Assembly (NCBI RefSeq): GCF_001194135.2
Contig: NC_068985.1
Coordinates: 26,732,811-26,765,849, forward strand
Direction: 5' to 3'
Length of the DNA stretch: 33,039 nt
Origin: Octopus bimaculoides
Lineage: Eukaryota
Shown here: piece by piece, positions 21,093 to 33,039 of the stretch
How positions within the stretch are numbered: position 1 is the first letter of the stretch
How the letters are laid out: each line of letters begins with the position of its first letter
The notes under the pieces: generated by a model
Told to the model about the DNA's origin: nothing
Database searches by the model: none
The model's input: the letters and a program-made list of their open reading frames with translations, nothing else
Program-made: the position numbers and the translations under genes

Positions 21093-21902
21093 NNNNNNNN
21101 NNNNNNNNNNNNNNNNNNNNNNNNNNNNNNNNNNNNNNNNNNNNNNNNNNNNNNNNNNNNNNNNNNNNNNNNNNNNNNNNNNNNNNNNNNNNNNNNNNNN
21201 NNNNNNNNNNNNNNNNNNNNNNNNNNNNNNNNNNNNNNNNNNNNNNNNNNNNNNNNNNNNNNNNNNNNNNNNNNNNNNNNNNNNNNNNNNNNNNNNNNNN
21301 NNNNNNNNNNNNNNNNNNNNNNNNNNNNNNNNNNNNNNNNNNNNNNNNNNNNNNNNNNNNNNNNNNNNNNNNNNNNNNNNNNNNNNNNNNNNNNNNNNNN
21401 NNNNNNNNNNNNNNNNNNNNNNNNNNNNNNNNNNNNNNNNNNNNNNNNNNNNNNNNNNNNNNNNNNNNNNNNNNNNNNNNNNNNNNNNNNNNNNNNNNNN
21501 NNNNNNNNNNNNNNNNNNNNNNNNNNNNNNNNNNNNNNNNNNNNNNNNNNNNNNNNNNNNNNNNNNNNNNNNNNNNNNNNNNNNNNNNNNNNNNNNNNNN
21601 NNNNNNNNNNNNNNNNNNNNNNNNNNNNNNNNNNNNNNNNNNNNNNNNNNNNNNNNNNNNNNNNNNNNNNNNNNNNNNNNNNNNNNNNNNNNNNNNNNNN
21701 NNNNNNNNNNNNNNNNNNNNNNNNNNNNNNNNNNNNNNNNNNNNNNNNNNNNNNNNNNNNNNNNNNNNNNNNNNNNNNNNNNNNNNNNNNNNNNNNNNNN
21801 NNNNNNNNNNNNNNNNNNNNNNNNNNNNNNNNNNNNNNNNNNNNNNNNNNNNNNNNNNNNNNNNNNNNNNNNNNNNNNNNNNNNNNNNNNNNNNNNNNNN
21901 NN

Positions 21903-22330
21903 TTCGTCTGCCGTTACGTTCTGGCTTCAAATTCCGCCGAGGTCGACTTTGCCTTTCATCCTTTCGGGGTCGATTAAATAAGTACCAGTTACGCACTGGG
22001 GCCGATATAATCGACTTAGTCCCTTTGTCTGTCCTTGTTTGTACCCTCTATGTTTAGCCCCTTGTGGGCAATAAAGAAATAAGAAACGTTAGCACGCCGG
22101 GTGAAATGCTTAGCGGTATTTCGTCTGCTGCTACGTTCTGAGTTCAAATTCCACCGAGGTCGACTTTGCTTTTATCTTTTCGGGGTCGATTAAATAAGTA
22201 CCAGTTACGCACTGGGGTCGATGTAATCGACTTAATCCGTTTGTCTGTCCTTGTTTATCCCCTCTGTGTGTAGCCTCTTGAGGGCAGTAAAGAAATAAGA
22301 AACGTTAGCACGGTGGACGAAATGCTTTAC
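21903..22330 (+). mobile_element. Head-to-tail tandem SINE units, period 216 bp
   Basis: taaagaaataagaaacgttagcacg at 22072 and 22288. The units contain a B-box-like gagttcaaattcc and the gtcgactttgcctttcatcctttcggggtcga domain. Confidence 0.85.
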
Positions 22331-22439
22331 CATTTAGAGTATATAATATAACAATGATGTTGATTTTCTGCATAGACTTATGACTATTTTTTTTTCTTTA
22401 GCAGAGGTGCATAGTTGACATTATTTTATCAATTGTGGA

Positions 22440-24045
22440 GGGTTAAAATGCTGTCAGGGTCGACCTTGCCTTTCATCCTTTCGGGGTCGATAAAATAACT
22501 ATCTGTTAAGCACTAGAGTCAATGTAATCGAATTACTCCCTCCTCCCGAAATTGTTGGCCTCTTTATGTTCTGAGTTCAAATTCTGCCGAGGTCGACTTT
22601 GCCTTTCATCCTTTCGGAGTCGATATATTAAGTACCAGTTGCGTACAGGGGTCGATCTAATCGACTGGCCCCCACCCCCCAAAAGTTCGGGCCTTGTGCC
22701 TAGAGTAGAAAAGAATATTGTTTCAAATGTTTCGAATTTTGGCAATTTCGAGGAAGAGTCAATTGATTATATCGAATCCAGGACTTGTACTTTATTTTAT
22801 CGACCGCGCAAGGATGACAAGCAGAGTTGATCTAAGCAGGATTTGAACTTAGAACATAAAGAGCTGGAAAAGATCACGCTGAGCATTTTGTCGGTCGCAC
22901 TCTCTCTTCAGCGTTAATACTGGCTTCAAATTTTGGCGCAAGGCCAACAATTTTGGGAGGAGGGAGTAATTCGATTACATTGACCCTAGTGCATAACTGG
23001 TAGTTATTTTATCGACCCCGAAAGGATGAAAGGCAAAGTCGACCACGGCAGCATTAGAACCCAGAACATGAAAACGGACGAAATACCGCTCAGCATTTTA
23101 TCCAACATGTTAACGATTGGGCAAAATACTAAGCGGCATCTCGTCCGTCTTTACATTTTGGGGTCAAATGCTGCAGGGGTCGACTTTGTCTTTCACCCTT
23201 TCGGAGTCGCACTGGGATTGATGTAATCGACTTGCCCCCCACCCCCGAGCTTGCTGGCCTGGTCCCAAAGTTTGGAACCAATATTAAAACCGATTTCTTA
23301 CTTGAGCACAAGAACTGGAATCGATTTGATTGAATTACATCTCCCTCTAAATTTCAGGTTCCTGCCCATTTTAGAAACAATTAATAGATGGCGGATTAAC
23401 CGAAACGGCAGAGCAATGAGGGATCATGATGGCTTGCGATATTTAGTTATGTTCTGAATTCAAATTCACCGTTTGGAATTGAAATCCTTCTATAGTAATT
23501 CAACGGATTGCATCAAATGTACCCCATCTCTGAAGTCTGTGGCTTCGGATCAGTCTAAGTCTATCGTTAGACTAATCTTGATGCAGTGGACCTCAGGGAG
23601 AATGCAGAACTGGTTGTGTACAAGACAAAGTGTCATGTGGTATTTATATTGAATTCAAACAGTACAGAAGTTGATTTTGCGATCTTCTCCCCCTCTCTCT
23701 CTCTCCCTTTCTCAATAAAAATGATCAAATAAATACCAGTTAAATAGTGGAGTTTACTAAAATGGCGATATCCATCCCTAAAATATGTGGCCTTATGTCT
23801 ATAGTAGGAATCAGAACATTGGAAGAAAACAGTAGAGTGAAAATTATGCTGTGGTCGACTTTCCCTTTCATTCTTTCAGAACCAATAAAATAAGTTCTAA
23901 CAATTAATCCATTGTGTCAATACCCTAACATCTTTAGACGTGTATCAACGTTATAAATCATTGTCTTAGGCTGATCGATTGACATGAATAGTATTTAGAT
24001 ACAACTTTTTACCTTTTGTGGTCGACTTTGTCTTTTAACTCTCCA
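22440..24045. mobile_element. Dense cluster of diverged SINE copies in both orientations
   Basis: The gtcgactttgcctttcatccttt motif occurs on + near 22460, 22590, 23180, 23855 and 24020. Its reverse complement (cgaccccgaaaggatgaaaggcaaagtcgac-like) occurs near 22800-22830 and 23010-23045. Confidence 0.8.
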
Positions 24046-24289
24046 GCACCAACCAAAGAAGGCACTATATTAGTAAAAGGACGATTTTCGAGTTTGAGTT
24101 TGTGGATTTGTCTCTATAGAAAAAGACTTATCAACGAATATTTACTTTTAATGTTTAGTAAAGCCTCCGAGACTAGAAAGGAAAAAATTTATAGGTCATC
24201 CACCGACTGGAAATCTTGTTTGAATGTTTGCTACAGAACCACTTCTGCTTATCACCCAAAGAACAAATATAGTTCATCAAACAGATGAT

Positions 24290-24945
24290 GTTAATCCAAT
24301 ATATAGCTTCCATCTACCAAATTTGATTCACAAGACTTATATCAACCCCAGGTGTTGCGTTTTGGTACCGGATTTAGAAATATATCATTGCGAAACTAGC
24401 TTCTTAACCACACGACTGTCGGCGCTTTTTTGCCGCATATGTGATCTTAATAAGGTATTTTGATGTACTAACAATCAAATATATTTTCAGCCACTTAACT
24501 TAGAATTCATTAATGTACTGATATCGAACTCAAACCTACTTGATTGCAAAGCGATTTCCTTTTTCTTCTTTTTATTTTGTTGTTTGTAACTAGATTAATC
24601 AGAGAAGGAAGGAAAGTTTCCATAACTCTTTTCGGGGTTTCTGAGACACGTAGGAAGGTTATTCTCAGAGCAGAAACCTGACCCGAAAACTTGCTACAGA
24701 ATGGCCACTGTTAAATAGCCATTAATGGCAGTGTTTAACTGGGTGGCGAGTTAAGTCTGCTTAAGTCTCGTATTAGAACGGTTCCCCTGAGAAGCTTCTG
24801 CACAGTTTCTGTTTCCCAAATTTTTATTCAAAAGTCTTTGGTCGTGGATACGATACACAGGTAGAAATCACTTGCCCAAGGTACCACGCAGTTGGAGCGA
24901 ACACAAACCCATGAAGTTGCGAAGCGAAATTCTTGACCATGCAAC
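24290..24945 (-). mobile_element. Two decayed CORE-like SINE copies (about 24290-24425 and 24790-24945)
   Basis: Contain tttccatctaccaaattt-attcacaag and cacttgcccaaggtaccacgcag, as in 1790-1942. Confidence 0.6.
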
Positions 24946-25229
24946 AGCTATGTTTGTAAGCTATATTTGTACCCATCTTAAACAGACGGCCATGCCTCTG
25001 CCTCCTGCATCCGACCTAAGGTATTTTGATGTTGAAAACATCAAATATTCTTACACTCACCTAACTAACAACATATCTTTATTATGGTTAACATAGCAGT
25101 GAGCAACGTGAAGATATTTCCTCATTCTTAACCGTCAGTTAACATTTATCGTGCAGACATATAAATACTGTAGACTCATCAACGCCATACAACAACCCTA
25201 ACGCCTACTTATATTTCAACCTCCCCCCG

Positions 25230-25835
25230 CTTCTCTTCCTTTTCCATTTTCTTCTTCTTCCTCCTTCTTCTTTTTTATCCCTCACCATCACCACCACAAC
25301 ATCTTCCTCCTCATCGTCATCGCTACCGTCAAGACACCGAACTCCACCAGTATCAGCACCTGTACCCCCTACCCCCCCATCATCATCATTGTCGTCGTCG
25401 TCGTCGTCGTCGTCATCGGCGTTCGTATTGTCGTCGTCATTGCCACCATCTTATTCGAAATATTCGCCAACTACGTTGCCATCACTACCACAAAAGCAAT
25501 CGCCATGCTTCCCACCCTCGCATTCATCATTGTCATTATCATCGTCATCATCATAATTACCATAATTGTCATCCTCCTCCACCTGCATTCCTCCTCCTAC
25601 TCGCCTTCTTATCCTCGTCATCAACATAATCACCACGCTACCCCTCACCATCACCACATTCTCCTCCTCTTCCCGATCATCACTTTCAGTTTGTTTATCG
25701 CCGTTATTAGCCCCCATCCGCTTCTGCAATACTACCTCCATCTACATCGCTATCTTCATCATCATCATCATCATCATTGTTGTCATCTTCGTCGGCGTCG
25801 TCGCCGTCGCCGTCAATATCATTTTTCTTGTTACT
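25230..25835. repeat. Trinucleotide low-complexity field (CAT/CGT/CAC/CTT/CCT)
   Basis: Visible. Explains the poly-H/I/D/R ORFs. Confidence 0.9.
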
Positions 25836-26234
25836 GCTTAATTCCAAGTCAGCCACTGACCGATCAGTCCAATGATTAAAACCATTCCTGCCGTAACCAT
25901 CTTGTCTCTTTCCTTTCTACTGGAAAACCCAGGACCACATTATTCATCGTGTCTTTCTAAGACAGTAGGGTGTTGTTTGAGAGTAATTTGCCTGCTATTT
26001 CTAGCAGATCGAGACACCAGGTAGCAGCTGATTCGTCCTCCTTATTGTAATCCATGGAAGTATCGCCGCTCATCATGCATCACTTCCATAACCAATATTC
26101 AATGTAATGGCCATAGAATTTGCGGTACAGTTGTCCATCTGAATTCTTTGTTGAATATCTAGAGAGATAAAAACATGACTGGAAACATTTTTTTCTTCTT
26201 TCCCCATTATTATTAATTATAGTGGATTAGTGGT

Positions 26235-26997
26235 AGGGGAGTGCTACGATGTTCTCGGAGATACCCTGGGTGCCGACGAAAACGAACTGGCTAGTCTGTT
26301 CCAGAGGACTTTCCAGTCGGGAACTATTATGGATAATTTCCAGATGTCCTTAGTCTGGCAGCACTACCGGGGGCGCTCCGGTTCGAGATAAACTCTCTAG
26401 GTACGGATGTGCTGTCAGACAGCCACAACCACGGATATGCTGTTAGGCGCGCACAGTGACGAAACCGTTCTGCACTCACTCGTTCAGTATCCGGGCATTG
26501 CAGACTTGCGGGTTTATGTCGAACAGCTGTTGTCACGTACAGGACGTATCCGTCTGTCGACCGAGTCTGTAGTGATGATAGCCCTGCTGCTCTCCTTCAA
26601 TCGGGTAGACAAGGCAAGTTTTCCTTTGCCTAGTGGCTGTAACGAAAGAGGTTGTTTGGTGGACAAGGCTGAAAGGCATCAGGACAAATACATTCCTCTT
26701 TGGTAGAGCTCTCATTGACTTCTCCAAATTTCACTTGAAAAGGAAACTGAGAGTGGAGAGGGAAATGCTGTCCTTGAGTGAGTTTATTGAAAGGTGGGTG
26801 AAAGTTGCGAAAATGGCAAGAGTGGATGGTGCCGCCCTCGGTGTAGACCTGTGAGTCGGAGAGAAGGAACTGAAGAGGGCATTTGCTCCTGGTGTTCAGG
26901 GAAATCTCGGACTGTGTAGTTCTTCGATCATCCATAGGGGTCTTCCTGTATAAGAAGGGCCACATCTCTATCACTCTCCCCCACTTTAAAAAAAACA
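26235..26997 (+). mobile_element. 5'-truncated L1/Tx1-clade LINE, ORF2 C-terminus with A-rich tail
   Basis: Across frameshifts: LVWQHYRGAL-VRDKLSRYG...DETVLHSLVQYP (decayed CCHC region)...FLCLVAVTKEVVWWTR...ERWVKVAKMARVDGAALGVDL* (stop 26854), then a short UTR and taaaaaaaaac. Locally higher GC. Confidence 0.7.
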
Positions 26998-27104
26998 ACC
27001 TTTGTATACTATGTATATGTCGTTATATGTAAAGCCCCACGCTTTATGTCTGTCTGTGTATTATCCACCCCCTCATCCTTCGCCCTTGTGGAAAATAAAT
27101 GAAA

Positions 27105-27625
<521 letters not shown>

Positions 27626-27809
27626 CGTTGCTGTGAGTGATGTGTTCTCTACTTATGGTAATAAGAATGGATAATGGATAGCTTCCATCACTCAGCTAAA
27701 TTGCTTCCCCTTGATAAAGTCAAAGAAAAACAAACAATTTATCCAAAATCATATTTATGCATTTTATAAGAGTACTTAACACATATATACTGAGTTTGAT
27801 TGCATGCGT

Positions 27810-27820
27810 GTGCCTCTGTA

Positions 27821-27870
<50 letters not shown>

Positions 27871-28009
27871 GTGTGCGTGCGTGTGTGTCTATGTATTTAT
27901 ATGTGTGTATATGTAAATATATACATATATGTATTTATGTGTGTGTATAATTTATATATATTTACACACACACATATATATACATATATATGTATATGTG
28001 TTTATGCCC

Positions 28010-28055
<46 letters not shown>

Positions 28056-28086
28056 TCAGACAGACAGACAGACAGACACACACACA
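27810..28086. repeat. (TG)/(TA)/(CAGA)/(CA) microsatellite mosaic
   Basis: Visible in sequence. Confidence 0.9.
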
Positions 28087-28625
28087 CGAGGGTGGGCTAC
28101 AAAGTTCATAGGCTGACTATGAAGGATTGATGGTAGAGCTGTGAAATCTTATATACATTAGCATCAACTCATCTTATTAACTGCACTGTTCCTTTCCACG
28201 TAAACTGACATCTGATTGTTCAACGAAGGCTTCATAAGTAAGTAGTAGCGACTTCTTTTGAAAATCGACAAAATTTGACGTCGTTGTGTTATGAAGTACC
28301 TGCAAAAAATCGGTGTAGTTCCCAAGGACATTCATGTTAACATGTTTGCTACTAGAGGAGATGACGTCCCTGCTTTATCAACAATGCAAAAGTGAGCAGC
28401 TGAATTTAGGAAGGGAACAAAGTCTTCAAGATGACCTAAGGTCTGGACGTCCTGCAACTGCCACCACCAAGGAAAACAGTAGTCGTGTTCACTAGATGGT
28501 GATAGATGACAGGCAAATCAAATAGCCATTATTATTAGCATACCCATTGACAGAGTTGAGAAAATTCTGCACAATTAACTTGGCATAGCGAAGGTTTCTG
28601 CTCGGTGGGTGACACGTCTTCTGAA
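28087..28625 (+). mobile_element. Mariner 5' half, decayed and truncated
   Basis: CGAGGG terminus at 28087. Translates RCVMKYLQKIG..PKDIH; QK*AAEFRKG; DDLRSGRPATATT; RVEKILHN*LG..KVSARWVTRLL (the WVPxxL motif). Confidence 0.85.
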
Positions 28626-29580
28626 CCCAATACTCCGATGACAATAGGGGTAACCTTTATGGTTGACTCTCGTGGCTGCCACATCTTGGCGATCTCAATT
28701 CTCAGGTCTCCATATTTATCGATCTTTTCTCTTTCTTTCATGATAATATATTGATCTCCTGGCACTGTCACGTCGATTATCTGGCACTCTTGTTCGTCCA
28801 TCCTTAAGGTTACTATGTTCAGCCTTCGGTGCTCTAACCCATTGCCTGTCTGGAAGTCAAAGTCCCAGAAGATTTTTGCCTTCACCTTTTCGTCCATTAG
28901 CTTTTCTGGTGTATGTTGATACCAAGAACCCGTTACTTCGTATCCATACTTACGGCATAGTAGCAAGTGAAGGCTCTGCGCTACCTTGTTGTGTCTGCGC
29001 TACCTTGTGTCTGCGCTTGTACTCCTTCTGTACAAGACTTTCACAAGCACTAGCTTTCGACCCTCTTCCCACACATTCTGCAGAGGTTCGTTGCACTTAT
29101 GTGATATATATCTCTTTTCGCTGAGTTGGTAGTCAATGCCTGATCCTGCGCAGCGATGATTAGGCTTTCAGTATTCTTTTTTTAGGTCACCCTTGCTGAG
29201 CCACCTCCATGATGCTTCCTGGTCTTTTAAGCTGTTAGTTTTACGGTGGAACTGACCATGTAATTCCATGCGGAGTAGAGTTTCTTCTCTCTCGTTGGCT
29301 ATTTGTGATCGGAATTGATTAGCACTCTCAAGTCCATTTTTGGTAAATCCTTCTGCATTAGCAGCATACTGTAACAGGTCTTGTTTGCTATTTACCAAAT
29401 ACTCTGTCATGTTTCTTCTTCTCCCTGTTGATGCACTCCCATACGCTAATCAGCCCACGTCCACCTTTACACGTCTTCATGTAGAGCTTGTGTAAGTTCG
29501 CGTTAGGGTGGAGAGCAGCATGCAATGTCATTGTCTTTCGGGTTGTGCAATCGAGTTGGTTAATCTCCGCCCGTGTTCAT
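28626..29580 (-). mobile_element. Dong/R4-type LINE fragment (RT thumb to RLE), 3' end missing
   Basis: EINQLDCTTRKTMTLHAALHPNANLHKLY..KGGRGL; LHGQFHR..WRWLSKGDLK; IIAAQDQAL; CRMCG; KIFWDFDFQT..EHRRLNI..IIDVTVP..KIDKYGDLRIEIAKMW..TPIVIGVLGS. Confidence 0.9.
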
Positions 29581-29851
29581 TTTTAATACTTGAGAAATGA
29601 AAAATGATATTCATATCTTACCAAAATAATCAGAGATGTACGGGAATGTAAGAGAGAAATGGTTTCATCCTAGAGTCGGAATTGAACCACAGACTCGGCT
29701 ACAATTGAACTTGCATATGCATCATGTTTTGACACATTTTTAGACTTGTACATCGTGAGATGTTGTGCAATCATCATCATACATCCAAAGTGTAAAATGC
29801 ACCTCTTCGGGTGATTGTTTAAATAAGTCCTTCGTTAGATCCTGACGTTAG

Positions 29852-30170
<319 letters not shown>

Positions 30171-30913
30171 CAAATCAACGAAGTGTTATGTTTATGTGAC
30201 TGAAATGTATTAAATTATTAATATTAATAATCGTATGAAATTATTTTCTATACTTTTTTCTTTAACAGCAAAGTCATCGAGAATATCAGATCAATGTAAC
30301 TGAAACTAAAAGCTGCTGAGTATTTCAATACAGAGCTTATTGAGTTTTTCAGAAATAACGTGCAATCTATGCCTTCTGTGCAATCTTTTCGGTGAAGGTA
30401 ATCTTCCTTGCGGTTATTTGCCCTCGTTACAAGGCCGTAAAATGGGTAGAGTAATTTTAACATTAGTAAAGACTCGAAGTGTTAAGTTTGGCGCAACAAC
30501 AAAATTATTAATAATCTAACAAAGTTGCGCTCAGTCCCACGGAAAGACTAACAAACTTCGGGTTTTTTTTAACTCTACAACGTGGACACTTTCCACTTAT
30601 AGGTCTGTACTTAGATGTCTTAGTACATTTTACAGTGTGTATCATTTCTTAACATGAGAAATAAAACAGAACGCTGTCTAGAATTTTTGGTACGTTTCCA
30701 AGATTGAATGCAAAATAACTTGTAAGTGATTTAAAATTGGGTTGAAAACGTCTACTTTGAAACGAAAAAGAAAAGAAAAGAAATGAAAACAGCAGGAACT
30801 TAAAATTCTTTTCCAATTTCTTATCTACCATCTCATCTTGTATCCAAATACAATATACAATTCATATACAGACACATACAGATATCGACATATGTTCGCT
30901 CGCTGTCTATCTC

Positions 30914-30950
<37 letters not shown>

Positions 30951-31444
30951 TCTACTCCACATTTCCAGCAATTACAAGATGTGTCTTCGAGAAAACAGTT
31001 GCTCCCGCAGAGCAAAATAAAATTTGGGATTTGCAGAGGGTCAAAGCTGGTAACTAAAACATGACAGTGAAAACAAACAGTAAGGGCTGCTAAGCCATAA
31101 TGCGGTAAGGTGGCGAACGCTGGACGAACAAGCTTTGATTGGAGAAAAAAATAGGAGAGGAGACAGACAAGAATGCGTGTGATCTGTGTGGCAGATCGAA
31201 AGGAAAGAAAGAAGCTCAAATATATATACTTGTGTGTGTGTGTATTGAATTTTATTTAGCAACATGTTTTTATAGGAAGAATAGAAAGAAAAAATTAAAA
31301 GTATAAAAGGTTAAATTAACGAGAAAAAAAACCCCCGCTCAGAATTACTTCAACAAGGAAAGAAAAAGACAAAAAAAAGAGCGGGGTTAAACAACAAAAG
31401 ATGGGGCAAGTTACAGGTTGTATACTCCAGTCCAAATGGTGTGT

Positions 31445-32075
31445 TCACTCACGCCTTGCGGACATAATTGCAAAGGCGTTGCCGCAAAGAATGACATGCG
31501 ACACATGCTGCAACCGCCACCCCACCTTGCGGGGCTGTTTTCTCAGATGGCCTGCTGTCATACTGATTCTCCGGAGGAAATCAGGTTTTCCGAGGCGATG
31601 ACGACCGGTATAAACAGATAAGCGACCAGTCAGGCTCTGGTATTTGTTTAACTTCCTCTCCTCTGTTTTACAGGCGCGATACTTGGGTTTGCGACCGATG
31701 CAGCAAGGCTGGAAACGAAGAGCGTGTCGCAGCACGTCGCGTCCTAGATTAGAGATCTACCTTCCTCGTATGCGAAGAGGGCTATTCTGCTGGGACGCTT
31801 ACTTTCCCAGCGATCAAAACCTGCTGGCTCCATTTGTAACGGGAAGGCGGCCGCATCGAGGCCTTTCTGATGATGTCGTTCAGAGCGGCACGTCGGGGGA
31901 ATCGGCCTGCGCTATGGCTGCAGAATAACGGATGCAGGCCGAACTCGTCGACTCTACAGCTCCACAGTGACATTTGTGCGGCTCACATACGCGGAGGCTG
32001 AGGCGCTGGATCTTACAGATACGAGTGCACTCATCATCAAGAAGGGTACCGGTTGATGAGGAGGGCACTGAATCG
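31445..32075 (-). mobile_element. CRE-clade (RLE) LINE 3' coding end, decayed
   Basis: Across frameshifts: VPSSSTGTLLDDEC.RI..RLSL.VCEPHKCHCG; VDEFGLHPLFCSHSAGRFPRRAALNDII; MEPAGFDR..SKRPS; LI*DATC.DT; EERKLNKY; LQHVSHVILCGNAFAIM. This is the motif order of CRE-type zinc knuckle plus RLE. GC-rich. Confidence 0.75.
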
Positions 32076-32645
32076 TAGAGATAAAGAATTCTTAGAATGA
32101 TCGGTGAAAATACGAGATAGAAAGAGAAAAGAAAAAAAAAAGGTCTGCTAGCCTTTTTCGGTGAGCTCACACTTTTTTGCGACCGAGGCAAATTGTTTTA
32201 AACTTCCGTCAGCTCGTGGCTTTCAGCTCGACTACAAGAAGCCAGCAACATTAAAGTCTCTTTCTCCTCTTACTATCATAACTAATAACTTGGTTTGAAA
32301 ATATGACATAATCTCATCCTAAAAGCACGAAATAAAACTTTTGCCAACTTTTCTAAAAATAAATAACAGCTTCTAACATTTATATGAAAAGGTAGTCATT
32401 AGAATTTTTATAGTTCTTTTTGTTTTGGTCATATAGTGTGTCTCGCTGCTGATATTTATGTATTCATTTACTTATCAGTTAATTTATCTATATTCTGTAA
32501 TCATTTCACAATTGTTTAACCATTTTATTCATTTTATCTCACGCTATCAAATGTTAAAAAATGAACAAGTTGTTGTTTCTTAACCAAATGTTTTTCGCAA
32601 GTAGGATTTGGTATTACTAATTAGCTTGATAAGTTTTTATGTTAT

Positions 32646-33039
32646 ATGGTATGGAGAAACTTTTCTAAATCCAGGCAGGTACTCACATATATAGAAGGCA
32701 TTATGAGAGACACGGACACAAAAATGGACAGTGAAGACCCTGCACACTGTGCTCAGGCTCAGGAGGACCAAACGGATCACCAAGACAAGACAGATGCCAC
32801 CAGTGCTGTAGCCACTGATGAGGGATGCAATGACCATGGTGAATACAGCCAACGCTGCACCACAAACGACAAAGACAGGAGAACAGACAAGAAGACGGTA
32901 AACACAAACAGGCTTCAAGCCCAAACACGTCACACAGATAAAAAGAAAAAGAAACAGATCTGTAAATTCTACCTAAATGGTACCTGCTGGCACGGGGAAA
33001 AGGGACGAAACTGCAAATTTGCCCATCCCAAACACCACC
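32646..33039 (+). CDS. Open ORF ending in a CCCH zinc finger, probably LINE (CR1/L2-like) ORF1; runs off right edge
   Basis: ATG 32646 (alternative ATG 32703), no stop to the window end: MVWRNFSKSRQVLTYIEGIMRDTDTKMDSEDPAHCAQAQEDQTDHQDK...HTDKKKKKQICKFYLNGTCWHGEKGRNCKFAHPKHH, giving C-x7-C-x8-C-x3-H. Confidence 0.7.
   Translation, partial: MVWRNFSKSRQVLTYIEGIMRDTDTKMDSEDPAHCAQAQEDQTDHQDKTDATSAVATDEGCNDHGEYSQRCTTNDKDRRTDKKTVNTNRLQAQTRHTDKKKKKQICKFYLNGTCWHGEKGRNCKFAHPKHH

Noticed and set aside
21903-24045. Regularly recurring ~30-bp motif superficially like CRISPR repeats
   Set aside because: The copies are diverged, in mixed orientation, and the intervening sequences are homologous to each other. 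Eukaryotic SINE context with no cas genes.
25451-25879. ORFs rich in H, I, D, E and R
   Set aside because: Trinucleotide low-complexity field, open in several frames on both strands.
30269-30397. 129-bp segment with strong acceptor and donor
   Set aside because: Stops in all three frames. It could only be a non-coding exon, and I have no evidence for that.
32637-32933. Minus-strand hydrophobic ORFs of 98 and 75 aa
   Set aside because: Antisense shadows of the plus-strand CCCH ORF.

Overview
AT-rich eukaryotic DNA dominated by repeats. It is not prokaryotic: there are no operons, rRNA, true tRNA genes or CRISPR arrays. The SINE families and microsatellite load look like an octopus/cephalopod genome (my recognition, not a database result). 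About 2.4 kb is N gaps (7 runs). Nearly all ORF-track entries are microsatellite, gap or antisense artefacts, and I cannot confidently call any host protein-coding gene. Manual translation across stops and frameshifts shows layered transposon relics: an uninterrupted LINE APE-endonuclease start running off the left edge; four Dong/R4-type RLE LINE fragments; a CRE-type LINE 3' end; an L1/Tx1-type 3' end; an open CCCH-zinc-finger ORF (probably LINE ORF1) running off the right edge; three mariner relics; a ~2.1 kb fossil hAT transposase absent from the ORF track; a 67-bp hAT MITE; and many tRNA-derived SINEs, two with perfect TSDs plus a dense tandem/inverted cluster. The most interesting signal is a set of four minimal type I hammerhead-ribozyme motifs of the kind carried by Penelope-like elements and retrozymes. 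One has a complete core, one sits in the loop of a fold-back element, and this pair shows a compensatory stem I change.
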